This document shows positions 1 through 6,673 of a DNA stretch of 8,168 nucleotides, in pieces (position 1 is the first letter of the stretch; every line of letters starts with the position of its first letter). The notes under the pieces are model-generated. The model made no database searches. It was not told the DNA's origin and saw nothing but the letters and a program-made list of their open reading frames with translations. Both the position numbers and the translations under genes were made by a program. This DNA is from Okeania sp. (lineage in GTDB: Bacteria; Cyanobacteriota; Cyanobacteriia; Cyanobacteriales; Microcoleaceae). Where the stretch lies: positions 1 through 8,168 of the forward strand of contig NZ_JAYKGW010000192.1 of assembly GCF_035285525.1 (NCBI RefSeq), written 5' to 3'.

Positions 1-1351
1 TTTCCATCGCTTTCAGACTGCCAATATAACTTTCCACTACCATTTTAAATAAGTCATTTGCCAGATTTTTATCTACGGAAAATTCTGTTTCTAACTCTGG
101 CAATAATTCTGGCAGTTTCGGCGATAAGTTAGTAGTAATTAAATAATGAATATCAGTAAATAGGGCAGCAATAATATTATGATAAGCTCCTAACAAAGCC
201 GAGAATTTACTAAAATCTTCACTATTAGTTTCATAGTGACTTTGAATTTCTATTCCATCTGCTGCTAATTCTTGATTTTCTCTATAAATACTCAAATTTA
301 AAGGATTATCTCCCCCAAATCTTTCGTTGATATCTTCTTCTGTTTTCCCTTTTGATAAGAGTTTTTGTTTCACATTCTTTTCCCAATTTAAAGCACGTTT
401 AATTGCAAATTCATAGAGAAATTTAGGATAATTCAAGTGAGAAATTATGGTTTTATAAAAAGGAAAAATTTCTTGTCCCCCACTCCAATAAGCAACTTGC
501 ATATTAATCAAATCTCCATCTACTTCTGATTCTATTAATAGTATTGGTTCCGATTTTAAGCGACTAAATATAGCTTTAACTGCACTACCTCCAGCAAAAC
601 GGTTACTATCCCAAGCTCGGTCTATTAATTCTGTAGGCCGTTGTTCATTTTCTAGAGAATAATATTTTTCCAGAAAATTTCGTAAGTCTTGAGAAAGACG
701 TTTTTCGACTTTAAAAAATCCAGCACTAACAGTTTTATTTGGATTTTCAAAACGGTCATAGTCAATTTCTGGAGGTGCGAGAATTATTTGCAAGGGAATA
801 GGATTTCTATCTTGATGAGATTCAATAATTTGTGATGGATAAATTTTCAGAGGCCAGTTATCTAATTCTTTAATTTCTAGGGCAACTTCTCGTTGATAAG
901 TTGCGTTAAGAAATTGATTTTCTCGATTATATTGAGAAAGTTCTATTTGCAGTTGTTTTTGTTGTTGAAATAGCCATAATTGAAATTCTTGGTAGCTTTT
1001 AGCTATTTCAATATCTACGGCTTTAATAAATTCTTGAATCTGGGGATTTTCTTGCCATTGGTATGCAACTATTTTAGCTTCAAATTCTTGACGAACAATT
1101 TCTAGTTTTTGGGGAAATTCTAGTTGAAATTGTTGATAATCTTGCGACCACTTAATCTGAGACATAGTACGCATATATTCCATCTCAAATTTAGCAACTA
1201 TTTGTTTTTCTTGTAATTCTTTTTGATGAGCTAGTTGTTCCTCTTCTAAATTTTGCTGCATGGTTTTATTGGGGGCAGTATTAAAGGCATTAATACAGTT
1301 GTTCCATACAGCAACTCCGCCATGAACTTTGGGAAGCAAATGTATAGTCAT
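1..1351 (-). CDS. Hypothetical protein, N-terminal 450 codons; the C-terminus lies beyond the left edge of the window. Q/E-rich predicted coiled-coil at about residues 30-165, followed by a globular region with no domain I can name.
   Basis: I reverse-complemented and translated 1351->1 by hand. ATG at 1349..1351 is followed by 450 sense codons with no stop (MTIHLLPKVHGGVAVWNNCINAFNTAPNKTMQQNLEEEQLAHQKELQEKQIVAKFEMEYMRTMSQIKW...IPLQIILAPPEIDYDRF...NRFAGGSAVKAIFSRLKSEPILLIESEVDGDLINMQVAYWSGG...NDLFKMVVESYIGSLKAME). A GGAGA Shine-Dalgarno lies 8 nt upstream of the ATG (ggagaaaaaaatATG). An open frame this long in stop-rich, AT-rich DNA is very unlikely by chance. It is missing from the ORF track, presumably because it has no stop inside the window. 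Confidence 0.8.
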   Translation of the reverse strand, partial: MTIHLLPKVHGGVAVWNNCINAFNTAPNKTMQQNLEEEQLAHQKELQEKQIVAKFEMEYMRTMSQIKWSQDYQQFQLEFPQKLEIVRQEFEAKIVAYQWQENPQIQEFIKAVDIEIAKSYQEFQLWLFQQQKQLQIELSQYNRENQFLNATYQREVALEIKELDNWPLKIYPSQIIESHQDRNPIPLQIILAPPEIDYDRFENPNKTVSAGFFKVEKRLSQDLRNFLEKYYSLENEQRPTELIDRAWDSNRFAGGSAVKAIFSRLKSEPILLIESEVDGDLINMQVAYWSGGQEIFPFYKTIISHLNYPKFLYEFAIKRALNWEKNVKQKLLSKGKTEEDINERFGGDNPLNLSIYRENQELAADGIEIQSHYETNSEDFSKFSALLGAYHNIIAALFTDIHYLITTNLSPKLPELLPELETEFSVDKNLANDLFKMVVESYIGSLKAME

Positions 1352-1428
1352 ATTTTTTTCTCCTGATAATTAAAAATTTTTCGTAGGCTCAAAAATTTTC
1401 AGAAATGTGGGGTTTTGTCGAGCCAGGA

Positions 1429-1456
1429 AATGTACAACTTTCTACAAAATTATCAA
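1429..1456 (-). promoter_or_regulatory. Candidate sigma70-type promoter for the 1..1351 gene (TTGATA-N16-TACATT)
   Basis: On the minus strand: TTGATA (1451..1456), a 16-nt spacer, then TACATT (1429..1434), about 80 nt upstream of the ATG. Hexamer matches like this are common in AT-rich DNA, so the support is weak. Confidence 0.2.
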
Positions 1457-1626
1457 CGTTTTTAAGTCTTTAGGAGAAAGTCTGATTCTCGAAATTCCCT
1501 AAATATCCTCGGTGGGAAAAAGTTGCACATGGCGTAACTCATGGAATATTAAAAATACTCCTTTACGCTCCACTGCTTTCTGCTTTTTATGTTGCGTAGC
1601 AAAATGCACCCTACTGAAATAATTTT

Positions 1627-1656
1627 GGGTTTGGGGGGAGTTCCTGAACCCAACAC
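1627..1656. repeat. Degenerate copy of the 'GTTGGGTT...' hairpin repeat family (minus-strand orientation)
   Basis: The reverse complement of gggtttggggggagttcctgaacccaacac begins GTGTTGGGTTCAGGAAC. This resembles GTTGGGTTTCGTTCC at 3117. GGGTT/AACCC inverted arms are present. Confidence 0.35.
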
Positions 1657-1880
1657 TTAAACTGATAAAATCTGATTTACTGTTAATTTTAACTCAGAAA
1701 AAAGTATCACAAATAATTAGGGTTTACTGATTAAATCTAAAAGCATTGATAGATAAATGTTTCAACTTTTTTAGCTTCTCAAAAAATACCCGCTTTGAGG
1801 CTGAAAATATCTGAAAAATTAAGCATTTTGGATGGAGATTTCTTCGGGGTATTAATATAGAAAAACCAAAGCTAAGTTTT

Positions 1881-1924
1881 TCCCCTTTCCTCCCAATGAC
1901 AGCATGGAAGTCATTGCCAGGGGA
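1881..1924. other. Two-tier stem-loop: TCCCCT...AGGGGA outer stem enclosing CAATGAC...GTCATTG inner stem
   Basis: TCCCCT (1881..1886) pairs with AGGGGA (1919..1924). CAATGAC (1894..1900) pairs with GTCATTG (1910..1916) around a 9-nt loop. Read directly from the sequence. Confidence 0.5.
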
Positions 1925-1966
1925 AATATTTCACTATGATTTTTCACGGTCTACCAAAAAGACCCT

Positions 1967-1997
1967 GAAGCAATCTCTAGAACTTTGAGATTGCTTC
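1967..1997. other. Perfect 11-bp inverted repeat GAAGCAATCTC-N9-GAGATTGCTTC
   Basis: The arms at 1967..1977 and 1987..1997 are exact reverse complements, with a 9-nt loop. A 5-bp hairpin GGTCT-N7-AGACC lies immediately upstream at 1948..1964. Confidence 0.6.
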
Positions 1998-2092
1998 CCT
2001 TCTCTGTTAATAAGAAATCTCAAAAAAATTTCGGAGCAGATGCTTGTTTGGAGTGCTTCAGAAAATGTTTCATTTTGATGGTTGCCTAAGAG

Positions 2093-2100
2093 GCGATCGC
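2093..2100. repeat. HIP1 octamer GCGATCGC
   Basis: Exact match, located in an intergenic region. Confidence 0.9.
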
Positions 2101-2855
2101 TATACTTCTAAGTTTTGGTTATAGGTTTATACTGTTTAGTTTTAAAATTTTAAATATTGTCAGGATTAGATGACATAATAACGGAAATTTTGCCCGATTT
2201 ATTTAACGAGCTTTCAATATTTTCAGCTCTTTGGTTCAATTTTGTGATATTCTCAAAGAATGTAAAATCCAGAGGAATGTTTTTGCTTAATTAAACTTTT
2301 AGGGGGAAAAGCTCATGATATTGTTGTTTAGAGAGGAAATTTTGTTGATTTTTTCTGCCATGAAAGACTAATTTTTCTCTGTTCCTATTAAAGCTGTTTG
2401 ACAGATTTATAGTTGTGTGGTACTCGGAATCACTTATCAGCTTTTTTAGTTTTTTTATGATATAGAACAAAATTTGGCTTGGATTTTGTTACCGTCAACT
2501 CTTGCTAAGTAATCTTGATTAATCTGGTAATTTTTCTATTTCCTCTTGAATTAAATTTGTTCAGTAATGGATAATTGATAATTACCTTTCCCGAAAAGGA
2601 AGAGGATTGAATAAAAGGAAAAAATTTATTTTTTTCTCCTTTAAAGGGGAGGCTTCAAGCCACGAATTATTTAATTATTTAATTATTAATTATTCGGTAA
2701 ATTTTCTGTATGAAATTCAAATGACAAACAGAGCCTATTAGTTCTGCTAAAATATCCCCTTTTTATTCATCTGTTAAATTTAGCAGTTTTAGTTAATTTA
2801 GTAAGAATAGAACCATCTCACATGCTTCTCCTAATTCAGATAATAATACTTATAG

Positions 2856-2898
2856 GGCTGAATCAGTCATCAGTTATCAGCCTTTTTTCAGTTTTTTT
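2856..2898 (+). terminator. Candidate intrinsic terminator on the plus strand
   Basis: GGCTGA (2856..2861) pairs with TCAGCC (2877..2882) around a 15-nt loop. It is followed by TTTTTTCAGTTTTTTT (2883..2898). The short stem and long loop make it weak. The loop and arm consist of ATCAGNN heptamers. Confidence 0.35.
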
Positions 2899-3116
2899 GA
2901 TCATGTAAAATAAGATTTTGCCAATCTCATCTGCACCTTTTCAGTTATAAGTTATTTCATTTATTAATATTTAGTTTATCCTGCGGATAAGATTTCCTCA
3001 AGTTCCTAAAATACTGGAATTCTTGCTCTAAAATCTTGCAATAGTAAGGGCAGGTTTTAGCTAGAATTTTAATACTTACTCTAAAATTTATATAAACCCG
3101 CCCTAATGCACTAAAT

Positions 3117-3167
3117 GTTGGGTTTCGTTCCATCCTACGCAACCCTAACGGGAACAACCCGACCTAC
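3117..3167. repeat. Small hairpin repeat of the 'GTTGGGTTTCG...CCTAC' family (MITE-like fragment)
   Basis: In gttgggtttcgttccatcctacgcaaccctaacgggaacaacccgacctac, GTTCC pairs with GGAAC and GGGT pairs with ACCC. A related degenerate copy lies at 1627..1656. This sequence accounts for much of the spurious 66-aa ORF at 2957..3157. Confidence 0.5.
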
Positions 3168-3248
3168 ATTATATATTATTGCCAAAGAAATGAGGTTAAA
3201 TTAATTAACCAAAATACAAAAAACACCCTATAAAATTGTGAGATAAGT

Positions 3249-3647
3249 TTAATTAGAGCTAGTAGGAAAGACTTTTAATAGTTGATTTTGTAAATCAAGT
3301 TCAATACCTAAAGCTTCTAGTGGCAATACTCCTAATAAAGAGTCCTTACCTCCAGAAATTTCTAAACATTCAAAAGTTCCTTCCCATCCAAGTAGAGAAA
3401 TTTTAGCATCTTGAAAAATGCCTGCTTTACTAATACCAGTAGCAGTCATGACATCTACTTATTTAAGAATTTCTAATCCTAATTGAGCGATCGCTTCTGG
3501 TGGTAAACAGAGAGTTGTAGCTCCCGTATCTACCAAAACATATTTAATAACAATATAACGTACTTCTTCAATAGAAATCCAACCTTGAGAAGCATTTGTT
3601 TTATTTATATGATTATTGATGACTAAATTTGTAGTTATTTTACCCAT
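3249..3647 (-). pseudogene. Retropepsin-like (clan AA, single DTG) aspartic protease, about 132 codons, interrupted by one in-frame TAA at 3459..3461
   Basis: Track ORFs 3459..3665 and 3249..3449 are in the same frame. The junction reads ...PEAIAQLGLEILK-TAA-VDV-MTATGISK.... The N-terminal half carries the catalytic motif VLVDTGATTLCLP. The C-terminal half (GKDSLLGVLPLEALGIELD) resembles the dimerisation end of small bacterial retropepsin-like proteases. The combined length is typical for that family. The likely start is ATG at 3645..3647 (MGKITT...); the track ORF starts at a TTG at 3663..3665. Confidence 0.75.
3487..3494. repeat. HIP1 octamer GCGATCGC
   Basis: Exact match, inside the protease pseudogene. 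Confidence 0.9.
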
Positions 3648-3704
3648 TGAATTTTGATCGACCAACTACATAAACTTTTTCTATTTTATTCTATCTTAAA
3701 GTTC

Positions 3705-3840
3705 ATTAGGGTGTCTTAGGGAAGCGTAGTGCATCATGTTTTTGGATAACTTTTGAATTAATTATGGTGCTATATCGTCAATTTTTTTTATATGATTTTT
3801 AAATTAATTATGGTGCGTTAAGTCTAACGCCTAACTCACC
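3705..3840. repeat. Composite hairpin repeat unit A (about 135 bp)
   Basis: Aligns to unit B at a 161-bp offset with roughly 75-80% identity by eye. It shares ...aattaattatggtgctatatcgtcaatttttt(tt)atatgatttttaaattaa(t/c)t(a/g)tggtgcgtta.... It ends in the hairpin GCGTTA-agtc-TAACGC (3815..3830). Confidence 0.7.
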
Positions 3841-3865
3841 TAAAATCTAATAACTGAAGTATTCT

Positions 3866-4000
3866 ATTAGGATGTGTTACGCTTCGCTAACACACCATCT
3901 TTTTTGATAATTTTTGCATTAATCATAGTGCTATATCGTCAATTTTTTATATGATTTTTAAATTAACTGTGGTGCGTTACGGCTAGCGCCTAACACACCC
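3866..4000. repeat. Composite hairpin repeat unit B (about 135 bp); overlaps the last codons and stop codon of the helicase
   Basis: Begins with the hairpin GATGTGTTA-cgcttcgc-TAACACACC (3871..3896). Ends with GGTGCGTTA-cggctagcgcc-TAACACACC (3971..3999), one mismatch per stem. The helicase TAG (3990..3992) lies inside the second hairpin. Confidence 0.7.
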
Positions 4001-6398
4001 TACAACTTGGAAACTTCTCTCTTAAAGCATATAAAATAGGACTTGGTTTTTGTACTTGTAAATTTTCCGGTTTATTCCAAGTAAAAGGCGCTTCTTTAGC
4101 AGCACACATCCACAACAACTTTTTTGCCCTAGTCATTGCCACATATAATAACCTAAATTCTTCAGCCATTTTTAAATATCCTGCCTGTTCCCAAGCTTTA
4201 GAAATATCTAGTAAATCTTCTCCTTGTAAACTTGCTCGAATTTGCGCTCTAGCAACTTCAGCTAAATCAAAATCTCCCAAAAAAGTAGCTTGAGGCAAAA
4301 CTCTTAAATTACCAGGAATTATATTTTCATGCAAAAAAGGTAGAAAAACAAAATCCCAATCTAAACCCTTAGACTTGTGCATCGTAATAATAGTAAGTTG
4401 TCGAGAACGAGTATAATATTCCTCTGCATTTTCTTCCACATCTACAGTTTCAAATCTCTCAGAATTAACAATTTCACTTAACACTTCTAACATAGAATTA
4501 ATCGAACTATTATTAGCAGTTTGTTTAGCAACTCTTTCAGCTAACTTATCAGCAGTTGCCAAATCTGACTGTTTATAATTTAAAGCCAAAGCCAAAAAAG
4601 AAATTAATTGATAAAGAGGCAATTCTAATTTTGCTTTAAGCAAACTACGACAAAAATCTCGACATTTACGCACCTTTTCTGACTGATATGGATCGAGAGG
4701 ACCAGGGTAAAGAAATTGTTCTAATTGAGACGCAAAATAATTATAATCTTGCTGGGGAATTAAGTGGCGATCGCCTAAAACTTTTAAAGCAGATTTTAAA
4801 TAATCTGGAGAATGAGGGCGATAAATAAACTGCATTAATGCTAATATTTCTGCCGGAATTTGAGAGTGACGTGCTCCTTGAGAAACATCCTGTATTTTAA
4901 TACCATAATCTCCTAAATTAATTTCGATTCCATACTTTCCAGGTTCGCTAAAAGTATCTGCAATAAATTGACCTTGTTTATTTTCTCTTACTAATACTGC
5001 AAATTTACCTTCAGGATTTTCTTCAAACAAATTAATTATCCGTTTACCCATCAATTTAAGAGTTTGATAAATATCTCTAGGTTCATATATTTCCAAACCA
5101 TTACCAGTAGCTAAAGGATTATGATTATTTTCTGATTCTTTAACTTTTACAGGATGAATATCTTGGTCTCGAAATGGTTTTTCTTTTCCTGCTAAATTCA
5201 AACTATTTACCCACTTCAACACAAAATTAGCAGCATCAATAATTATCTGACAACTACGACCTGCTTGTTCCATAAATGCTAATTTTTCTAACTGTTCACA
5301 CTCTTCACAAAATCGCCGAAAATCTATTGGATCGGCTGGAGTAAATGTAGAATTAATTGCTTGATTTGGGTCTCCCACACGCATCAAATTTAGATGACTT
5401 AATTTTGATAATCTTTCTTCCTGAGCCAGAGAATTAAAATCTAAATTACTATCATTATTATCACTAGAAGTAGCCAGAATTTCTAATAACTTAGTTTGTA
5501 AAGGTGTCGAATCTTGAGCTTCATCTTCAAACACAGCAAATACTTGCTTTTGCCACATTTTTCTAGCACCTTCATTTTGCAATACTCGTAAAGCAGCCAA
5601 AATCATTTCATCATAGTCAATTAATCTACTTTCCCTCAACATTTCCTGATATATTTGATATAAACTAGCAGCAATATTTAAAACCTGATAATTATCATTT
5701 GTCTTCTCTCTTAGTTCCCATAAATCTTCAGGTTTAAGACCAGAACTTTTTGCCTGTTGAATAGCTTTCCAAGCTAACTGAGGTAGTACTTCAGTTCTTA
5801 AAACAGACTGCCTTCTTAACCGTTCCGTTTCCTCTCCATCAAACTGACTTCCCTCAATTAAAAATTGATAATGTCTTGGATTTTTAGCAATCCAACTTTC
5901 TACACAACTGCGAGTTATCTTATTACTAGGAGTAGGCAAAACCAAATTATAATTTTCCAAATCTAACTCAGATAACTCAGGGTGACGTAGAGCAATACTT
6001 AAAGCCAAACCATGCAAAGTATGAACAACAAAACCACCTTCAGGTAAAGATAACTCCTTTAAAAATTGACGAATTTTAACCCTAATATTAGTCGCTGCCG
6101 AACGAGTAAAAGTAACAACAATTAATTGATGATGACTATGTAACTTATAGCGAGCGATCGCTAATGCTGCTGCTGTTGCCAAACCATAAGATTTTCCGGC
6201 TCCAGGAACTGCTGATACTGCCAAAGGTCCTCCTTTCCAGTCAGCCATTTGTTGTTGTCCTGGTCTTAAAGAAGAACAAATTTTTTCAATTGTTTGTTCC
6301 CTTAAAGTTGCTATTGATAAAGTATTTTCTATATCTTTAGTATTAGTTTTAAGGTCATCAAATGAAAGTGTAAAATTATCGGAAAAATCGTCAGTCAC
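3990..6398 (-). CDS. SF1 UvrD/Rep/PcrA-family ATP-dependent DNA helicase (802 aa as drawn)
   Basis: SF1 motifs appear in the correct order: Walker A AVPGAGKS; Ia VVTFTRSAATN; II (DExx) VFEDEAQDS; III RVGDPNQAIN; V-like TIITMHKSKGLDWDFVF; VI LLYVAMTRAKKLL. The start as drawn is GTG (6396..6398) with no clear SD and lies inside a repeat unit, so the exact start is uncertain. No in-frame ATG occurs before the conserved LRPGQ...GGPL region, so translation must begin near this position. Confidence 0.9.
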   Translation of the reverse strand: MTDDFSDNFTLSFDDLKTNTKDIENTLSIATLREQTIEKICSSLRPGQQQMADWKGGPLAVSAVPGAGKSYGLATAAALAIARYKLHSHHQLIVVTFTRSAATNIRVKIRQFLKELSLPEGGFVVHTLHGLALSIALRHPELSELDLENYNLVLPTPSNKITRSCVESWIAKNPRHYQFLIEGSQFDGEETERLRRQSVLRTEVLPQLAWKAIQQAKSSGLKPEDLWELREKTNDNYQVLNIAASLYQIYQEMLRESRLIDYDEMILAALRVLQNEGARKMWQKQVFAVFEDEAQDSTPLQTKLLEILATSSDNNDSNLDFNSLAQEERLSKLSHLNLMRVGDPNQAINSTFTPADPIDFRRFCEECEQLEKLAFMEQAGRSCQIIIDAANFVLKWVNSLNLAGKEKPFRDQDIHPVKVKESENNHNPLATGNGLEIYEPRDIYQTLKLMGKRIINLFEENPEGKFAVLVRENKQGQFIADTFSEPGKYGIEINLGDYGIKIQDVSQGARHSQIPAEILALMQFIYRPHSPDYLKSALKVLGDRHLIPQQDYNYFASQLEQFLYPGPLDPYQSEKVRKCRDFCRSLLKAKLELPLYQLISFLALALNYKQSDLATADKLAERVAKQTANNSSINSMLEVLSEIVNSERFETVDVEENAEEYYTRSRQLTIITMHKSKGLDWDFVFLPFLHENIIPGNLRVLPQATFLGDFDLAEVARAQIRASLQGEDLLDISKAWEQAGYLKMAEEFRLLYVAMTRAKKLLWMCAAKEAPFTWNKPENLQVQKPSPILYALREKFPSCRVC
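4767..4774. repeat. HIP1 octamer GCGATCGC
   Basis: Exact match, inside the helicase CDS. Confidence 0.9.
6154..6161. repeat. HIP1 octamer GCGATCGC
   Basis: Exact match, inside the helicase CDS. Confidence 0.9.
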
Positions 6399-6462
6399 TT
6401 TATTTAAAATCGTCAGTTAAAATTAAAAGTTTAGCAGAAAATATTAATGTTTATTTCTTGCT
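6362..6462 (-). repeat. Array unit 0: the genuine helicase start region (first 12 codons, about 35-nt leader and hairpin H0)
   Basis: Roughly 80% identical by eye over about 100 bp to units 1-3. Imperfect hairpin H0: AGCAGAAAATA-ttaatgtt-TATTTCTTGCT (6433..6462). Confidence 0.75.
6384..6417. repeat. Perfect 12-bp direct repeat AAAATCGTCAGT x2, 22 bp start-to-start, bracketing the helicase GTG
   Basis: The copies at 6384..6395 and 6406..6417 are identical (ACTGACGATTTT on the minus strand). One copy forms codons 2-5. The other lies 8-19 nt upstream of the GTG. Confidence 0.6.
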
Positions 6463-6470
6463 AAATTTTT

Positions 6471-6595
6471 TCACTCTTTTATCATATAGATAGATGGAAG
6501 TGTAAAACTATTAGAAAAATCCTTAGTCACCTTCTTGAAAATTGCCAGTTAAAGTTTTTAAGTTTAGTAAGAAATATTGATGTTTATTTCTTGCT
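6471..6595 (-). repeat. Array unit 1 (125 bp) containing a pseudo-start and hairpin H1
   Basis: Differs from unit 2 (6674..6798) at only 2 positions. The minus strand reads GTG ACT AAG GAT TTT TCT AAT AGT TTT ACA CTT... (MTKDFSNSFTLPSIYMIKE*), compared with the helicase MTDDFSDNFTLSF.... Hairpin H1: AGTAAGAAATA-ttgatgtt-TATTTCTTGCT (6566..6595). Confidence 0.8.
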
Positions 6596-6634
6596 GTTCC
6601 CTGTTTCCTATTCCATCTTTTATAATAAAAGTTT

Positions 6635-6664
6635 AGCAAGAAATATTAATGTTTATTTCTTGCT
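6635..6664. repeat. Solo hairpin module H2 with a perfect 11-bp stem
   Basis: AGCAAGAAATA-ttaatgtt-TATTTCTTGCT has exactly complementary arms. It is preceded by the same 'aaaagttt' context as H0. Confidence 0.8.
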
Positions 6665-6673
6665 CCCCCCTTT

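Noticed and set aside
1432-1445. NtcA-type site GTA-N8-TAC (GTAcaactttcTAC) upstream of the 1..1351 gene
   Set aside because: At this base composition the degenerate motif is expected a few times by chance in 8 kb. I found no properly spaced TAN3T -10 box about 22 nt downstream on either strand.
2665-2694. Tandem AATTATT(T) octamer/heptamer run
   Set aside because: This is an AT-only low-complexity microsatellite in an AT-rich spacer, with nothing to suggest function beyond slippage.
2957-3157. 66-aa minus-strand ORF from the track (MFPLGLRRMERNPTFSALGRV...)
   Set aside because: Its N-terminal part is simply the translation of the 'GTTGGGTTTCG...CCTAC' hairpin repeat (3117..3167). It has no SD and a low-complexity, stop-prone context. 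Such repeat-derived ORFs are typical false positives.
3249-3665. Treating 3249..3449 and 3459..3665 as two independent small genes
   Set aside because: They share one reading frame and are separated by a single TAA. Together they reconstitute one retropepsin-like protease of typical length. I therefore called one interrupted gene. The TTG at 3663..3665 is also less likely as a start than the ATG at 3645..3647.
3249-6398. Functional protease + helicase 'system' (for example a defence module)
   Set aside because: The two genes are separated by 325 bp of repeat DNA and the protease is disrupted. I know of no established pairing of these families. Co-orientation alone is not evidence.
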